The notes under the pieces were generated by a model that worked only from the letters and a program-made list of their open reading frames with translations, did no database searches and was not told the DNA's origin. A program made the translations under genes and the position numbers. From Elusimicrobiota bacterium (GTDB lineage: Bacteria > Elusimicrobiota > Elusimicrobia > UBA1565), in the NCBI GenBank assembly GCA_043827405.1, contig JBDRPD010000083.1, forward strand, positions 128,001 through 192,000: a DNA stretch of 64,000 nt, in the 5' to 3' direction. Shown piece after piece: positions 19,701 through 27,661 of the stretch (its first letter is position 1; every line of letters starts with the position of its first letter).

Positions 19701-22700
19701 CACGCATAAGGCGGGCATCTCCTACGCCAACGGCACGATTTATCGAGGCATGGCTCCGGGAGCCGAAGGACGCATGGGCAAGGTCTTCGCCCAGAACGGC
19801 ATGGGCGCTTCCGACGGAGAGATTATGGCGGCCGCCGTGGATGCCATGCAGTGGGGCGCCGACGTCATCAGCCTCAGCCTCGGCAGCCCCGGGGCCGTTG
19901 AGTCGCCGCTTGCCGAGTTTTTCTCCCGCCTGACCAAGCAGAAGAACGCCAAGGGCGAATATCCGATCGTGACCGGATCGGCCGGCAACTCCGGACCGTT
20001 CAACAGCACCAAGAGCCAGCCCTCGGTGGGCGAGAACGTGGCATCCATCACCGCCGCGGCGAAGAGCCTGGATGACGGCGTGCCGGAGATTTCCTTCTAT
20101 TCCTCCGTGGGGCCCGCCTACGACCGTCGCTACGGCCGGCTGCGCTACCGGCGGCCGCTGGGGCTGACGGCTTTGGGCGGCGACGTGACGACGCCGCCCG
20201 GCGTCAAGGACGTCTACGCGGACGGCATCGAGTCGGTCAAGTCCAAGGATATGCCGGCGGGTCCGTCGGACGCCGCGGACGGGCGCCACACGCGGATGTC
20301 GGGCACGTCGATGTCCAACCCGATGATCGCGGGCATCGCCCTGCTGGTGAAGCAGGCGGTGCAGAGCGTCGTCAAATCCGGGACGGAGGCGTACGATTTC
20401 TTCACCGCCGAGCTGCCGTTCGCCGTCAATATGATCCTCATGCGTTCCGCCGAGGATATGCGGGTCCCTATCTTCTTCCAGGAGGGGGGCTTCGTTGACG
20501 CGCAGGCCGCCGTGCAGCTCGCGGTCCGGTCGTTCGGCGGCGAGTTGATCGGCGGGATGCGGCGCGCCGTCCGCGCCGTCCGGTCTTTGGGGCGCTCGAC
20601 CAATAAGGTGAGCGAAGCCGCCGCGAACAGCGATGCGCGGTCGTGGGATTGGATCGTGCGCGCGAAAGCGGTATGGGAACTCGAGGATCGTCCCTTCGCG
20701 GCGGGCGAGCGGGCGCGGCAGCGCGCCATTAAGAACCTGCAGGCCAAGGCGGTCGCGGCGCCCGGCGGCAATATCGACGGTCCAGAAGAGAGCCCGCAAG
20801 CGGACATGGTCAGCAAGCGGAAGCTCGGTGACGCCGGCAACCGGGCGATGCAAAAGGACTTCGACGCCGTGCGCAGCGACGTGGTCCCCGCGCTGATCGA
20901 GGCGCTGCAGGATAAGGTTTGGATCGTGCGGATGTACGCGGCCTTTGCGCTGCTGAATCTGCGGGCGCCCGAGGCGGTCCTGCCGCTGGCCGATGCGGCG
21001 CTGCAGGACGCCGACGGACGGGTACGGCAGACGGCCTTTCTCGCGCTGGCGGAGACGTCCGGCTACGCCGCGGACGAAGCCCTGCGTCAGGCGCTCAACG
21101 ATGGCCGCCCCGATGTCGAAATGTACGCCGCCTATGCTCTGGCGCGCCACGGCGTCATGGAGGGGATCGCGCGCATCAGCGCCCATGCCCGCAACGCGGA
21201 CAAGAAAGTGCGCTTTACGGCGGTCTGGCTCCTGGGGCAGCTGGGACGGCGGGCGCCTCCTGAAGTCACCGATGTCCTGGCCCGGCGCGTTATCGATACC
21301 GATGAGCGGGGAAATATTCGCCACCTCTCCGTCGCCTCGTTAACCGAAGTGGCGCGCGCCCGGCCCGAATCCCTCACCAATGAGACGATACTGAATCTCC
21401 TTTACTCTTCCGGCCCGCAGAACTTCGCGCTCACCCGCACGATCGCAAAATTCTTCGCCGTCGCTGCGCAGTCCTCGCTTATTCGCGATCGTATGGCCGA
21501 AAAGCCGCTGCGCGAAGACATCCTCCGCTTTATCCATAAATACAAGAACGCCGTGCATCGGCCCGGCGCCCTCGGCGAGATGGTGCGCCTGCTGTCGCGG
21601 ATTTTGAACGTGCCGCTGGACTCTCCGACGCCGCTGCCCAACCCCAGCGGCGAGGGGGTGCCCGGAGTCGATCCGAACCTCGGCCCGGTCGATCTGATCG
21701 TTGAATTCCCGGAAGACGCGCCTGCGGGGGCGCGCATTCAGCGCTTCGAAGATTTTCGCGCTTACTCCGATGTAAGCAGGCGGGGCGAACAGTCGCGGCA
21801 GCGCGCTGCGCAGACGCTCGGTGAGCTCGGTTTGGCGCCGGAGATGGTGGGCACGCATGGGGCCGATCTCCAGGTCGCGATGCCGCACAGCCAGTCGCTG
21901 TGGTTCAGCGTGCCGGACGCCAAGGTGGTGGCGTTCGCCAGCGAGATGGAATCGCGCGGCTACCGCGTGCGCCGGGCGGCGCCGATGTACCGGCTGCTGC
22001 ACGAGACCGGCGAGCTATCCGGCATGCCGGCGCTGCGCGAAAAAAGCGGGCTGACCGGCGACGGGGTTCTGGTGGCTTACCTCGATGAGGGGGGTGATAC
22101 CCAGCACCCGGCCCTCCCGGCCAAGCGCATACGCGTCAAGAAGAATTTTACCACGGACGGCAGGTCCGGCGAAGTCGAGCGTGAGAGCGTTAGTCATGGG
22201 ACCCATGGTATGGGCATCGTGGGCGGCGAAAGCGTCGACGGCTCGCCCTACGTCGGCATGGCGCCGGGCGTGGAGTTCGCGATCGGGAAGGTCCTCGGCG
22301 CCACCGGCGGCAGCGAGGCGACGGTGATGGCCGGCATGGAGTGGGCGGCCAGCTTGTCGGCCGATCCGCTGAAGGACCCGGTGATTATAAATATGAGTCT
22401 CGGCGGTCCCGGTGCGGCCGACAGTCCGATCAGCCGTCTCGTCAACCGCTTGCGGCTGAAGAATATCGGCGTCGTGGCGGCGGCGGGCAACTCCGGGCCG
22501 ATGGAGGGCACGGTCTCCTCGCCGGCGAACGCGGCACTGGCCATCTCGGTCGGCGCGGTGGACAAGGCGAAGCATCTCGCCGACTATTCCTCACGCAGCG
22601 AGAAAGGCGTACGCGAGCTGTCCTGGGTGGACTTCGGCGGCGCGGTGTTCTTCGACCGGCCGAACCTTTACGATATCGTCTCGGCGCTCAATACCCGCCT

Positions 22701-23163
22701 GCAGGAAGAGATGGCGGATTCTCCGACCGGCGTAAAGTGGAAGGATAAGCTGCTGTACCACACCATGTCGGGGACGTCGATGGCCGCGCCGCATACCACG
22801 GGCAAGCTGGCGGTGCTCGTCGAGGGCATGCGCAAAGCCTTCCCCGAGGGCCTGCCGACCGGCTACCTCTTTTATATTGAAAAGCTCGTCGAAGCGACGG
22901 CCGCGCGCATGAAGGACAACGGCGAGAACGAGGTCGGGGCGGGCTTAATAGACGAGGCCGCCGCTCTGGCGGCCCTTGAGAAGGCGCTCACGGACCCGGC
23001 GAAGGTCCGCTCCGAGTCGGAAGCCATGATCCGGCGGGCCGCGGCGGATTACGGGCAGCCCGCCGCTCCCGCGTCCGCGGGCGGCTGGCTTGCGCACCTG
23101 CGGTCGGTGCCGCGGGCGGTCGGCAGCGTCGTGCACTCTTTCATGACGCTGTTTCTCTTTTAG
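16741..23163 (+). CDS. Giant (~2140 aa) multi-protease: HExxH zincin motif, S8 subtilase, HEAT repeats, second S8 subtilase
   Basis: AGGAG SD then GTG 16741; signal peptide; HELVH; first triad DTG/HGTH/GTSMS; HEAT repeats (VRMYAAFALL, VRQTAFLAL); second triad DEG/HGTH/GTSMAAP. Confidence 0.88.
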   Translation: MRRYCAVILSASLILAAPGPGSWASAAQVVIPKTGAAPVVSGGVAVPVGAQFASGMQAGFSAAPALSLGVLPGMDRTPSQGAVFQLPVSLTLPVSPALRRSHQGLSGVTGVPGVMPVQPGTHMGDAQKTGRLRQASPYAAQPSRGAFKNTLLQSLRLPSRLKDSSQMSGEELSRTAEHDFRLHAGAGAGGGSGAVSATPYKGSAVFAAPSGAGHTAVPGEASGIRQGWQALAKLFARSGPAGLPSGVLKLHTPDGPVKSMNIRSVAGRAPGSAGGSAVLKNSAVAEKNTVSDVSAEAIVPGGKAAPAMSGSSGVKPAAAIEKSFSVENGSESGAPVREYRSAYFPLTVAMVSAAVLGLALGLPALLQTIAPALLPSAALQSLSASAGVEFFGAALRAAVDVIAATTALSAAYALWEAFTFALGVAVRKPVSDQEFWSFIRQELKGWDLHPSVRESLLGTGPGRGMLKPYRPPGRFGGLAYGFTAGGAIYLRPEMIRTPWLFRWVLKHELVHLNRHFSRGPPERLTGLHRISRFFVSELGARFGEWRSIRKLRSLRIPVLHRVLSAARLSLKRSKPYDMLIVHPGHHESRNSKTYAELSGGLANVVELYTKDQSDKAALQIKNDAFAPDVEAGIQRLSSGDRTPDGKRVRDYLQREENDSRFRLIVYPQSFGALPAAASNDGRKLRRALQRLDRVYMLSRQMPLLQRIETVPTRRIGQIERLINSLGIAWKPGMSPEHLEQLINEMYYRASRDVMSDDAFVQTLESVYDALHHRGSLLLPFAPGEPGLDMVERVMRYWRAEDGGRFNVMRVDLPEGGHVLVARKSEPRVDLWLRPAADKAIKKSVTNVNTARNQTPSPEDILREAGFNDADLERFKNADMEVRHVFGADVGDNRIYVNVRRSHAQLLKQYAVEAGIQFQSSERFALHLVESGPLQKADKVWKLGFTGAGGRIYDIDTGLDTSHPDFADRHMESVDFVDEGPEDWIGHGTHKAGISYANGTIYRGMAPGAEGRMGKVFAQNGMGASDGEIMAAAVDAMQWGADVISLSLGSPGAVESPLAEFFSRLTKQKNAKGEYPIVTGSAGNSGPFNSTKSQPSVGENVASITAAAKSLDDGVPEISFYSSVGPAYDRRYGRLRYRRPLGLTALGGDVTTPPGVKDVYADGIESVKSKDMPAGPSDAADGRHTRMSGTSMSNPMIAGIALLVKQAVQSVVKSGTEAYDFFTAELPFAVNMILMRSAEDMRVPIFFQEGGFVDAQAAVQLAVRSFGGELIGGMRRAVRAVRSLGRSTNKVSEAAANSDARSWDWIVRAKAVWELEDRPFAAGERARQRAIKNLQAKAVAAPGGNIDGPEESPQADMVSKRKLGDAGNRAMQKDFDAVRSDVVPALIEALQDKVWIVRMYAAFALLNLRAPEAVLPLADAALQDADGRVRQTAFLALAETSGYAADEALRQALNDGRPDVEMYAAYALARHGVMEGIARISAHARNADKKVRFTAVWLLGQLGRRAPPEVTDVLARRVIDTDERGNIRHLSVASLTEVARARPESLTNETILNLLYSSGPQNFALTRTIAKFFAVAAQSSLIRDRMAEKPLREDILRFIHKYKNAVHRPGALGEMVRLLSRILNVPLDSPTPLPNPSGEGVPGVDPNLGPVDLIVEFPEDAPAGARIQRFEDFRAYSDVSRRGEQSRQRAAQTLGELGLAPEMVGTHGADLQVAMPHSQSLWFSVPDAKVVAFASEMESRGYRVRRAAPMYRLLHETGELSGMPALREKSGLTGDGVLVAYLDEGGDTQHPALPAKRIRVKKNFTTDGRSGEVERESVSHGTHGMGIVGGESVDGSPYVGMAPGVEFAIGKVLGATGGSEATVMAGMEWAASLSADPLKDPVIINMSLGGPGAADSPISRLVNRLRLKNIGVVAAAGNSGPMEGTVSSPANAALAISVGAVDKAKHLADYSSRSEKGVRELSWVDFGGAVFFDRPNLYDIVSALNTRLQEEMADSPTGVKWKDKLLYHTMSGTSMAAPHTTGKLAVLVEGMRKAFPEGLPTGYLFYIEKLVEATAARMKDNGENEVGAGLIDEAAALAALEKALTDPAKVRSESEAMIRRAAADYGQPAAPASAGGWLAHLRSVPRAVGSVVHSFMTLFLF

Positions 23164-23166
23164 GGT

Positions 23167-24057
23167 TTAGTCGCCGAGAATCTGCCGGGTTCGCTGTTCG
23201 GCGGAAATCACCGTGTTGTAGAGCAGGAAGGTGACGGTCAGCGGGCCGATGCCGCCCGGGACCGGAGTGATAAATCCCGCGACCTGGCGCGCCGATTCAA
23301 AGTCCACATCGCCGCATATCTCATTGCCCTTGCTGTATACGCCGGCGTCCAGCACGATTGCGCCGGGCTTGAGCCAGTCGCCGTGGATAAAGCGCGGTTT
23401 GCCGACCGCCGAGACTACGATGTCGGCGCGGCGGACGAGGCCCGGCAGGTCCTTGGTCTGGGAGTGGCACAAGGTCACCGTGGCGTCGAGGCAGGACAGC
23501 AGGTGCGCCGTCGGTTTGCCGACGATATTCGAGCGGCCGATTATGACCGCCGCCAGGCCCCGCGGGTCTACTCCGGTCTCCAGCAGCAGCTGGATGGTGG
23601 CGATTGCCGTGCAGGGGATGAGGGTGTCGGCGCGCTTGAGCTGCTGGAAGGACTTTTCCCGGAACAGCTTGCCGAAGTTCGCCGAGGTCACTCCCTCGAC
23701 GTCCTTTTCCTGAGGGATCGCTTCGATAATGCGGCGGGCGTCCAAGTGTTCGGGCATGGGCAGCTCGACGATAATCCCATCAATATTGAGATCCTGGTCG
23801 AGCTTGCCGAGGATGCGCAGGACATCTTTTTCCTTGATGGACTGCGGTAGTGCCTCGACGGTGCACTCGACGCCCGCGTTCTTGCAGGCGTTGAGCTTAT
23901 GCTTGAGATATATCTGGGATGACGGATCGCCGCCGATCGAGAGGATGGCGAGATGCGGCGGGCTGCCGCGCTTTTCCAGGACCAATGAAGAGCGTTCCTG
24001 CAGGTCCTTGAGCAGGTTCTGCGCGACCTTCTTCCCTTTGAGCAGCACCGCGCTCAT
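23167..24057 (-). CDS. folD: Bifunctional methylenetetrahydrofolate dehydrogenase/cyclohydrolase
   Basis: KDVEG, PCT, GRSNIVGKP, ITPVPGGIGPLT. Confidence 0.96.
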   Translation of the reverse strand: MSAVLLKGKKVAQNLLKDLQERSSLVLEKRGSPPHLAILSIGGDPSSQIYLKHKLNACKNAGVECTVEALPQSIKEKDVLRILGKLDQDLNIDGIIVELPMPEHLDARRIIEAIPQEKDVEGVTSANFGKLFREKSFQQLKRADTLIPCTAIATIQLLLETGVDPRGLAAVIIGRSNIVGKPTAHLLSCLDATVTLCHSQTKDLPGLVRRADIVVSAVGKPRFIHGDWLKPGAIVLDAGVYSKGNEICGDVDFESARQVAGFITPVPGGIGPLTVTFLLYNTVISAEQRTRQILGD

Positions 24058-24998
24058 GGTCGGCGTCCCTCCAGTACCCGCAGCATCTTGTACAGCGGTT
24101 CAATAAAACGGACGGGGCGGCCGTTGCGTCTTGCCGCCGTGATCAGTGGTTTTAGGATGGCGTCCGCTTCGGTCGGTCGTCCGGCGGCGATGTCCTGAGC
24201 CATGGAGTTGACTTGATCGGGGGCCGCGGCGCAGCCGCGAACTACGCGCGCGGCGGGCCGGGAGTCCAGCGATGGATAGCCGGCGGCTTTGGCGATGTCC
24301 GCCGCTTCATTGACGACGCGCACCAGGAGTTCCCGCAGCGCGGGTTCGGAGGCCAGCTCGCCGTTGGTCCGCATCGCCAGCGTGCCGAGCGGATTGATCG
24401 CGGCGTTGTGAATCAGCTTCGTCCACAGCAGGCGCTCGGGCGAGCGCACGATCCGGACGGTCCACCCGGCGCCGCGCAGCAGGACTGCGGCGGCGCGGCA
24501 TGCCGTTTTGTTGGCCGGCGTCTCGGCGAGGGCGATCTCGCGGCCGCCGGTATGGCGGATTGTCGCGGAGCCCGTGCGCATGGCCGCGATATAGCAGGTT
24601 CCGAAGACGGCGCGCGCGGGCCCGTAAGCGCGCAGGATCGGTCCGGTGTGGCCGATTCCGTTTATGAGGCTGACGATCGGCGTCGCGGGATCGACGATGC
24701 CGCGGACGGCGGCCAGCGCCTTGCTTAAGCCGGCGGCCTTCACGCAGAGGAAGACCGCCCGGCATCCCGGACGGCGCGCGGGCCGGGGGGTTATGTCGAG
24801 CCAGCCGCGAATGAGCTTCCGGCGGCGGGGAGGCGCCGTGATGGTTAGGCCGCTGCGCTTGAGAGCGGCCGCGCGGGCGGCGCTGCGCGCGACCAGCAGC
24901 ACCTGGTCGCCGCGGCGGCGCAGGCTGGCCGCGAGCGTGCCCCCGATCGCGCCCGGACCGACGACGGCCGTAAAAGCGTTTGTATGTTTTCGCGGCAT
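24054..24998 (-). CDS. panE: 2-dehydropantoate 2-reductase
   Basis: GPGAIGG Rossmann motif, LINGIG, WTKLIHNAAINPL, SMAQDIAAGRPTE. Confidence 0.92.
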   Translation of the reverse strand: MPRKHTNAFTAVVGPGAIGGTLAASLRRRGDQVLLVARSAARAAALKRSGLTITAPPRRRKLIRGWLDITPRPARRPGCRAVFLCVKAAGLSKALAAVRGIVDPATPIVSLINGIGHTGPILRAYGPARAVFGTCYIAAMRTGSATIRHTGGREIALAETPANKTACRAAAVLLRGAGWTVRIVRSPERLLWTKLIHNAAINPLGTLAMRTNGELASEPALRELLVRVVNEAADIAKAAGYPSLDSRPAARVVRGCAAAPDQVNSMAQDIAAGRPTEADAILKPLITAARRNGRPVRFIEPLYKMLRVLEGRRP

Positions 24999-25028
24999 CG
25001 CGCTAATGTACTATTTATCGCCGCAAAG

Positions 25029-25060
25029 AAAAACCCGCCCAGCATGGCTGGACGGGTTTT
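25029..25060 (-). terminator. Intrinsic terminator (possibly bidirectional) after the 79-aa basic protein
   Basis: AAAACCCG-CCAGC/GCTGG-CGGGTTTT stem with flanking A and T tracts. Confidence 0.75.
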
Positions 25061-25079
25061 GTCTGCGGAACGTACGGTC

Positions 25080-25319
25080 TTAGCGCTTTTTCGCTTTCTT
25101 CGCGTTGACCATCTGGGCCCGGGAGATGTCGCCCTTCTTGTCGAGGAAGTAAAGGTAGCCTTTCTCCTTCGTGATGCCGGCCTTCGCGACCTTCTTCGGT
25201 TTGCCGCCCTTCTTGCCGCCGCGTGCCATGATCGCACGGGACACATCACCCTGCTTGTCGATGTAGTAAAGGAATCCCGACTCACGCGTCACGCCGACCT
25301 TCTGTACTTTCTCAGCCAT
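25080..25319 (-). CDS. Small lysine-rich protein made of two tandem ~32-aa repeats; function unknown
   Basis: AGGAG SD, own promoter and terminator; repeats KVGVTRESGFLYYIDKQGDVSRAIM and KAGITKEKGYLYFLDKKGDISRAQM. Confidence 0.85.
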   Translation of the reverse strand: MAEKVQKVGVTRESGFLYYIDKQGDVSRAIMARGGKKGGKPKKVAKAGITKEKGYLYFLDKKGDISRAQMVNAKKAKKR

Positions 25320-25427
25320 TCTTTTCTCCTGTGCAGCGCCTTGTGTTCAAGCACGCTACGACTTAATATCTTCGACGGGGGATGCGGCATTTCCCGTCGG
25401 TCGACGGAGGATACTCCATCGGGTCTC

Positions 25428-25456
25428 AGAATACATTATCTCTCGTCGGAATGCAA
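25428..25456 (-). promoter_or_regulatory. Putative sigma70 promoter of the 79-aa gene
   Basis: TTGCAT-17 bp-TATTCT on the minus strand. Confidence 0.6.
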
Positions 25457-25500
25457 GTATTTTCTCGTCGAGTTCCCGACGAGAAAAATAGGAGGCGGGG

Positions 25501-25761
25501 CTATTTGGTTTTAAACAGCGGGATCTGCGGCTCCGCCGGGCGCGTAATCAGCCGTTCCTTGAGCCACTTGTCGATGAGGTCTTTCGAGAAGCGGTATTGG
25601 CGTCCGATGCGCGATGCGGGAACCTTTTTCTGCCGGATGAGGTTATAAATTTTGGACCGGCCCATTCCCAGGTACTGCGCGAGTGTTTTGATGTCCATCA
25701 CTTCGGGCGGCGGCCCCAGGAATTGCTTGCGTGAACTCTTTCTTTTTCGCTTTTTTGGCAT
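25501..25761 (-). CDS. Excisionase-like (HTH_17/MerR-type) DNA-binding protein; start reassigned to ATG 25761
   Basis: VMDIKTLAQYLGMGRSKIYNLIRQKKVPASRIGRQYRF. Confidence 0.85.
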   Translation of the reverse strand: MPKKRKRKSSRKQFLGPPPEVMDIKTLAQYLGMGRSKIYNLIRQKKVPASRIGRQYRFSKDLIDKWLKERLITRPAEPQIPLFKTK

Positions 25762-25804
25762 AAATTCGCCGTTTACTGCGTGATTAACCGCTTGTTCTAA
25801 TAAT

Positions 25805-25833
25805 AGGTTACAGTTTGTGTTATATTCTGTCAA
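25805..25833 (-). promoter_or_regulatory. Putative sigma70 promoter of the HTH_17 gene
   Basis: TTGACA-17 bp-TAACCT on the minus strand. Confidence 0.65.
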
Positions 25834-25853
25834 TAGTTGCTGTCGTCGCGGGG

Positions 25854-25881
25854 TTGCGAATAGCAATTTTTATGGTACAAT
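25854..25881 (+). promoter_or_regulatory. Putative distal promoter upstream of the rpsF operon
   Basis: TTGCGA-16 bp-TACAAT with TG extension. Confidence 0.55.
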
Positions 25882-26016
25882 TTTGCATCTAGTTGGACCC
25901 CGCGCGGCGGTAGCCGGCGGCGGACACGGATAGCCGGAGGCTGACGTCCTGGATTCCGGAAGAGTATTTTTTTCGGATTGTCGGCGTCGCCTACGTTTTG
26001 TTAAAATTGGTGAACA

Positions 26017-26433
26017 ATGCAAACCTATGAGACTGTAATTGTCGCACATCCGCGTCTTACTGATTCTGAAGTCGGTGTTTTCTCCGATAACGTCAAGGAG
26101 CAGATCGTATCGGGGGGCGGCGAGGTCGTGAGCGAGGATAAATGGGGCCGGCGCAAGCTGGCATACCCGATCAAGAAGGTGCGGGAAGGTTTCTATATTT
26201 ACTTCAAGTTTCAGGCGGCGGGTTCCGTCGTCCAAAAAATGAATAAAAACTTCCGTCTCCAGGAGACGGTGCTCCGGACCCTGACGGTCGTCTCGCAGAA
26301 ACCCAAAAGGGTGCGCATCAAGCCGGCAAAAGCGGCCAAGCTCGCGGCGACGGCGGCGGCGACGGCGGCGGCGACGGCGGCGACGGCGGCGACGGTGACG
26401 GCGGAACCATCCGAAATTATGGCGGCGGACTAA
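26017..26433 (+). CDS. rpsF: 30S ribosomal protein S6
   Basis: YET..I..P, WGRRKLAYPIKK.REGFY; rpsF-ssb-rpsR order. Confidence 0.96.
   Translation: MQTYETVIVAHPRLTDSEVGVFSDNVKEQIVSGGGEVVSEDKWGRRKLAYPIKKVREGFYIYFKFQAAGSVVQKMNKNFRLQETVLRTLTVVSQKPKRVRIKPAKAAKLAATAAATAAATAATAATVTAEPSEIMAAD
26344..26403 (+). repeat. GCG/ACG tandem codon repeat encoding the Ala/Thr tail of S6
   Basis: Iterated GCGGCG(GCG)ACG units giving AATAAATAAATAATAATVTA. Confidence 0.75.
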
Positions 26434-26843
26434 TGAAAGATATCCGACTTCTGCAGCAGAATATCGTACTGATCGCCGGACATTTGGCGCGGGATCCGGA
26501 GTTCCGAGTCACTCCGGGAGGCGCCCCCGTATGCAATTTCCGCGTCGGCGTCAGCCGCCGGTTCAAAGACGGCAAGACCGGCGACTGGAAGGACGAAACC
26601 ACTTGGATCAACGTCGAGGTATGGCGCGAGGCGGCCGAGCGGCTGAAGGATCAGCTGAAGAAGGGCAGCCCGGTGCACGTCGAGGGTCGGCTGAAGTCCG
26701 AAGACTATGAGGACAAGCAGGGTCAGAAGCGCACTATGTATAAGGTAGTCGCCAACCGTGTGCAGGCCCTGGAGAAGCGTGATTCCGGCGCGTCGTCTTC
26801 CTCGGGCAAGGCCGCGGCGGATATAGAAGAGGTTCCCTTTTAA
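26433..26843 (+). CDS. ssb: Single-stranded DNA-binding protein
   Basis: [25 protein letters not shown]-terminal EEVPF. Confidence 0.96.
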   Translation: MKDIRLLQQNIVLIAGHLARDPEFRVTPGGAPVCNFRVGVSRRFKDGKTGDWKDETTWINVEVWREAAERLKDQLKKGSPVHVEGRLKSEDYEDKQGQKRTMYKVVANRVQALEKRDSGASSSSGKAAADIEEVPF

Positions 26844-27163
26844 TGGCTAATACCGCACCGCAATCGTCGTCTTTTTCACGTCCCGGCGGAAAGTCCAGCG
26901 GCGGACCCCGCCGGGCGCCGGCTCCCGGGGGACGTCCCCCCCGTCGCGGCTTTACACCGCGCCGCAAGGTCTGCCGTTTTTGCGCGGACAAAGTGGGCAA
27001 TGTGGACTTTAAGCAGGTCAACGTGCTTAAAACATTCACTACCGATCGCGGCAAGATTCTTTCCAGCCGCATTACGGGCAACTGCGCGAGCCACCAGCGT
27101 CAGCTGACGCGCGCAATCAAGCGCTGCCGCTATCTGGCGCTGCTGCCGTTCGCTTCTACTTGA
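26843..27163 (+). CDS. rpsR: 30S ribosomal protein S18 (zinc-binding type)
   Basis: [38 protein letters not shown]. Confidence 0.96.
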   Translation: MANTAPQSSSFSRPGGKSSGGPRRAPAPGGRPPRRGFTPRRKVCRFCADKVGNVDFKQVNVLKTFTTDRGKILSSRITGNCASHQRQLTRAIKRCRYLALLPFAST

Positions 27164-27182
27164 GCTAAGAGAGTAATTCGCC

Positions 27183-27629
27183 ATGAAGGTCATACTAAAA
27201 TCTGATGTCGAAAAGTTGGGCCGCGCCGGGGACATTAAGAATGTCCGGCTCGGTTTTGCCCGCAACTATCTCCTCGTTCGCGGCCTCGCGATGGAGGCCA
27301 CTCCGGTCGCCGTCCGCGAGTACGAGAAGAGCCGGGAGCGGCGGGAAAAGGCCCGCACGCAGACGCTGGAGTCGGCCAAGGCGACCTGTGAGAAGTTGGC
27401 CGCCGTCAAGCTCACATTCGACCGCAAGGTCGCCGAGGGAGGCAGGCTCTTCGGCTCCGTCGGCAAGACCGACATCGTGAAGGGCCTGAAATCTTCCGGC
27501 TACACCGTTGAGAAGGGGGACATCCTCCTGGATGCGGCGATCAAAGAGCTCGGCGAGCTAGAGGTTGAAGTCCGTCTCGCGCCCGAAGCCAGCGCGAAGA
27601 TCAAAGTCGCGGTTGTAGCGCGCACCTAA
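27183..27629 (+). CDS. rplI: 50S ribosomal protein L9
   Basis: MKVIL..DVEKLG..GD, GFARNYL, GRLFGSV. Confidence 0.96.
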   Translation: MKVILKSDVEKLGRAGDIKNVRLGFARNYLLVRGLAMEATPVAVREYEKSRERREKARTQTLESAKATCEKLAAVKLTFDRKVAEGGRLFGSVGKTDIVKGLKSSGYTVEKGDILLDAAIKELGELEVEVRLAPEASAKIKVAVVART

Positions 27630-27661
27630 GCTGTTAAGGGCTTCCCGCCCGGGATCGCCGT

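Noticed and set aside
18310..21324. 1004-aa minus-strand ORF and other long antisense ORFs (11052-13172, 29863-31494, 39531-41270, 40807-42768, 42786-44696)
   Set aside because: They are shadows of well-supported genes on the opposite strand; long stop-free antisense frames are expected at this GC content and show no motifs
25501..25761. Prophage or ICE suggested by the excisionase-like gene
   Set aside because: No integrase, att-like repeat, tRNA or phage structural gene in the window
25885..25980. SRP RNA or tRNA
   Set aside because: No CAGG-CCGGAAGG-AGCAG domain IV context and no cloverleaf or TTCGA T-loop
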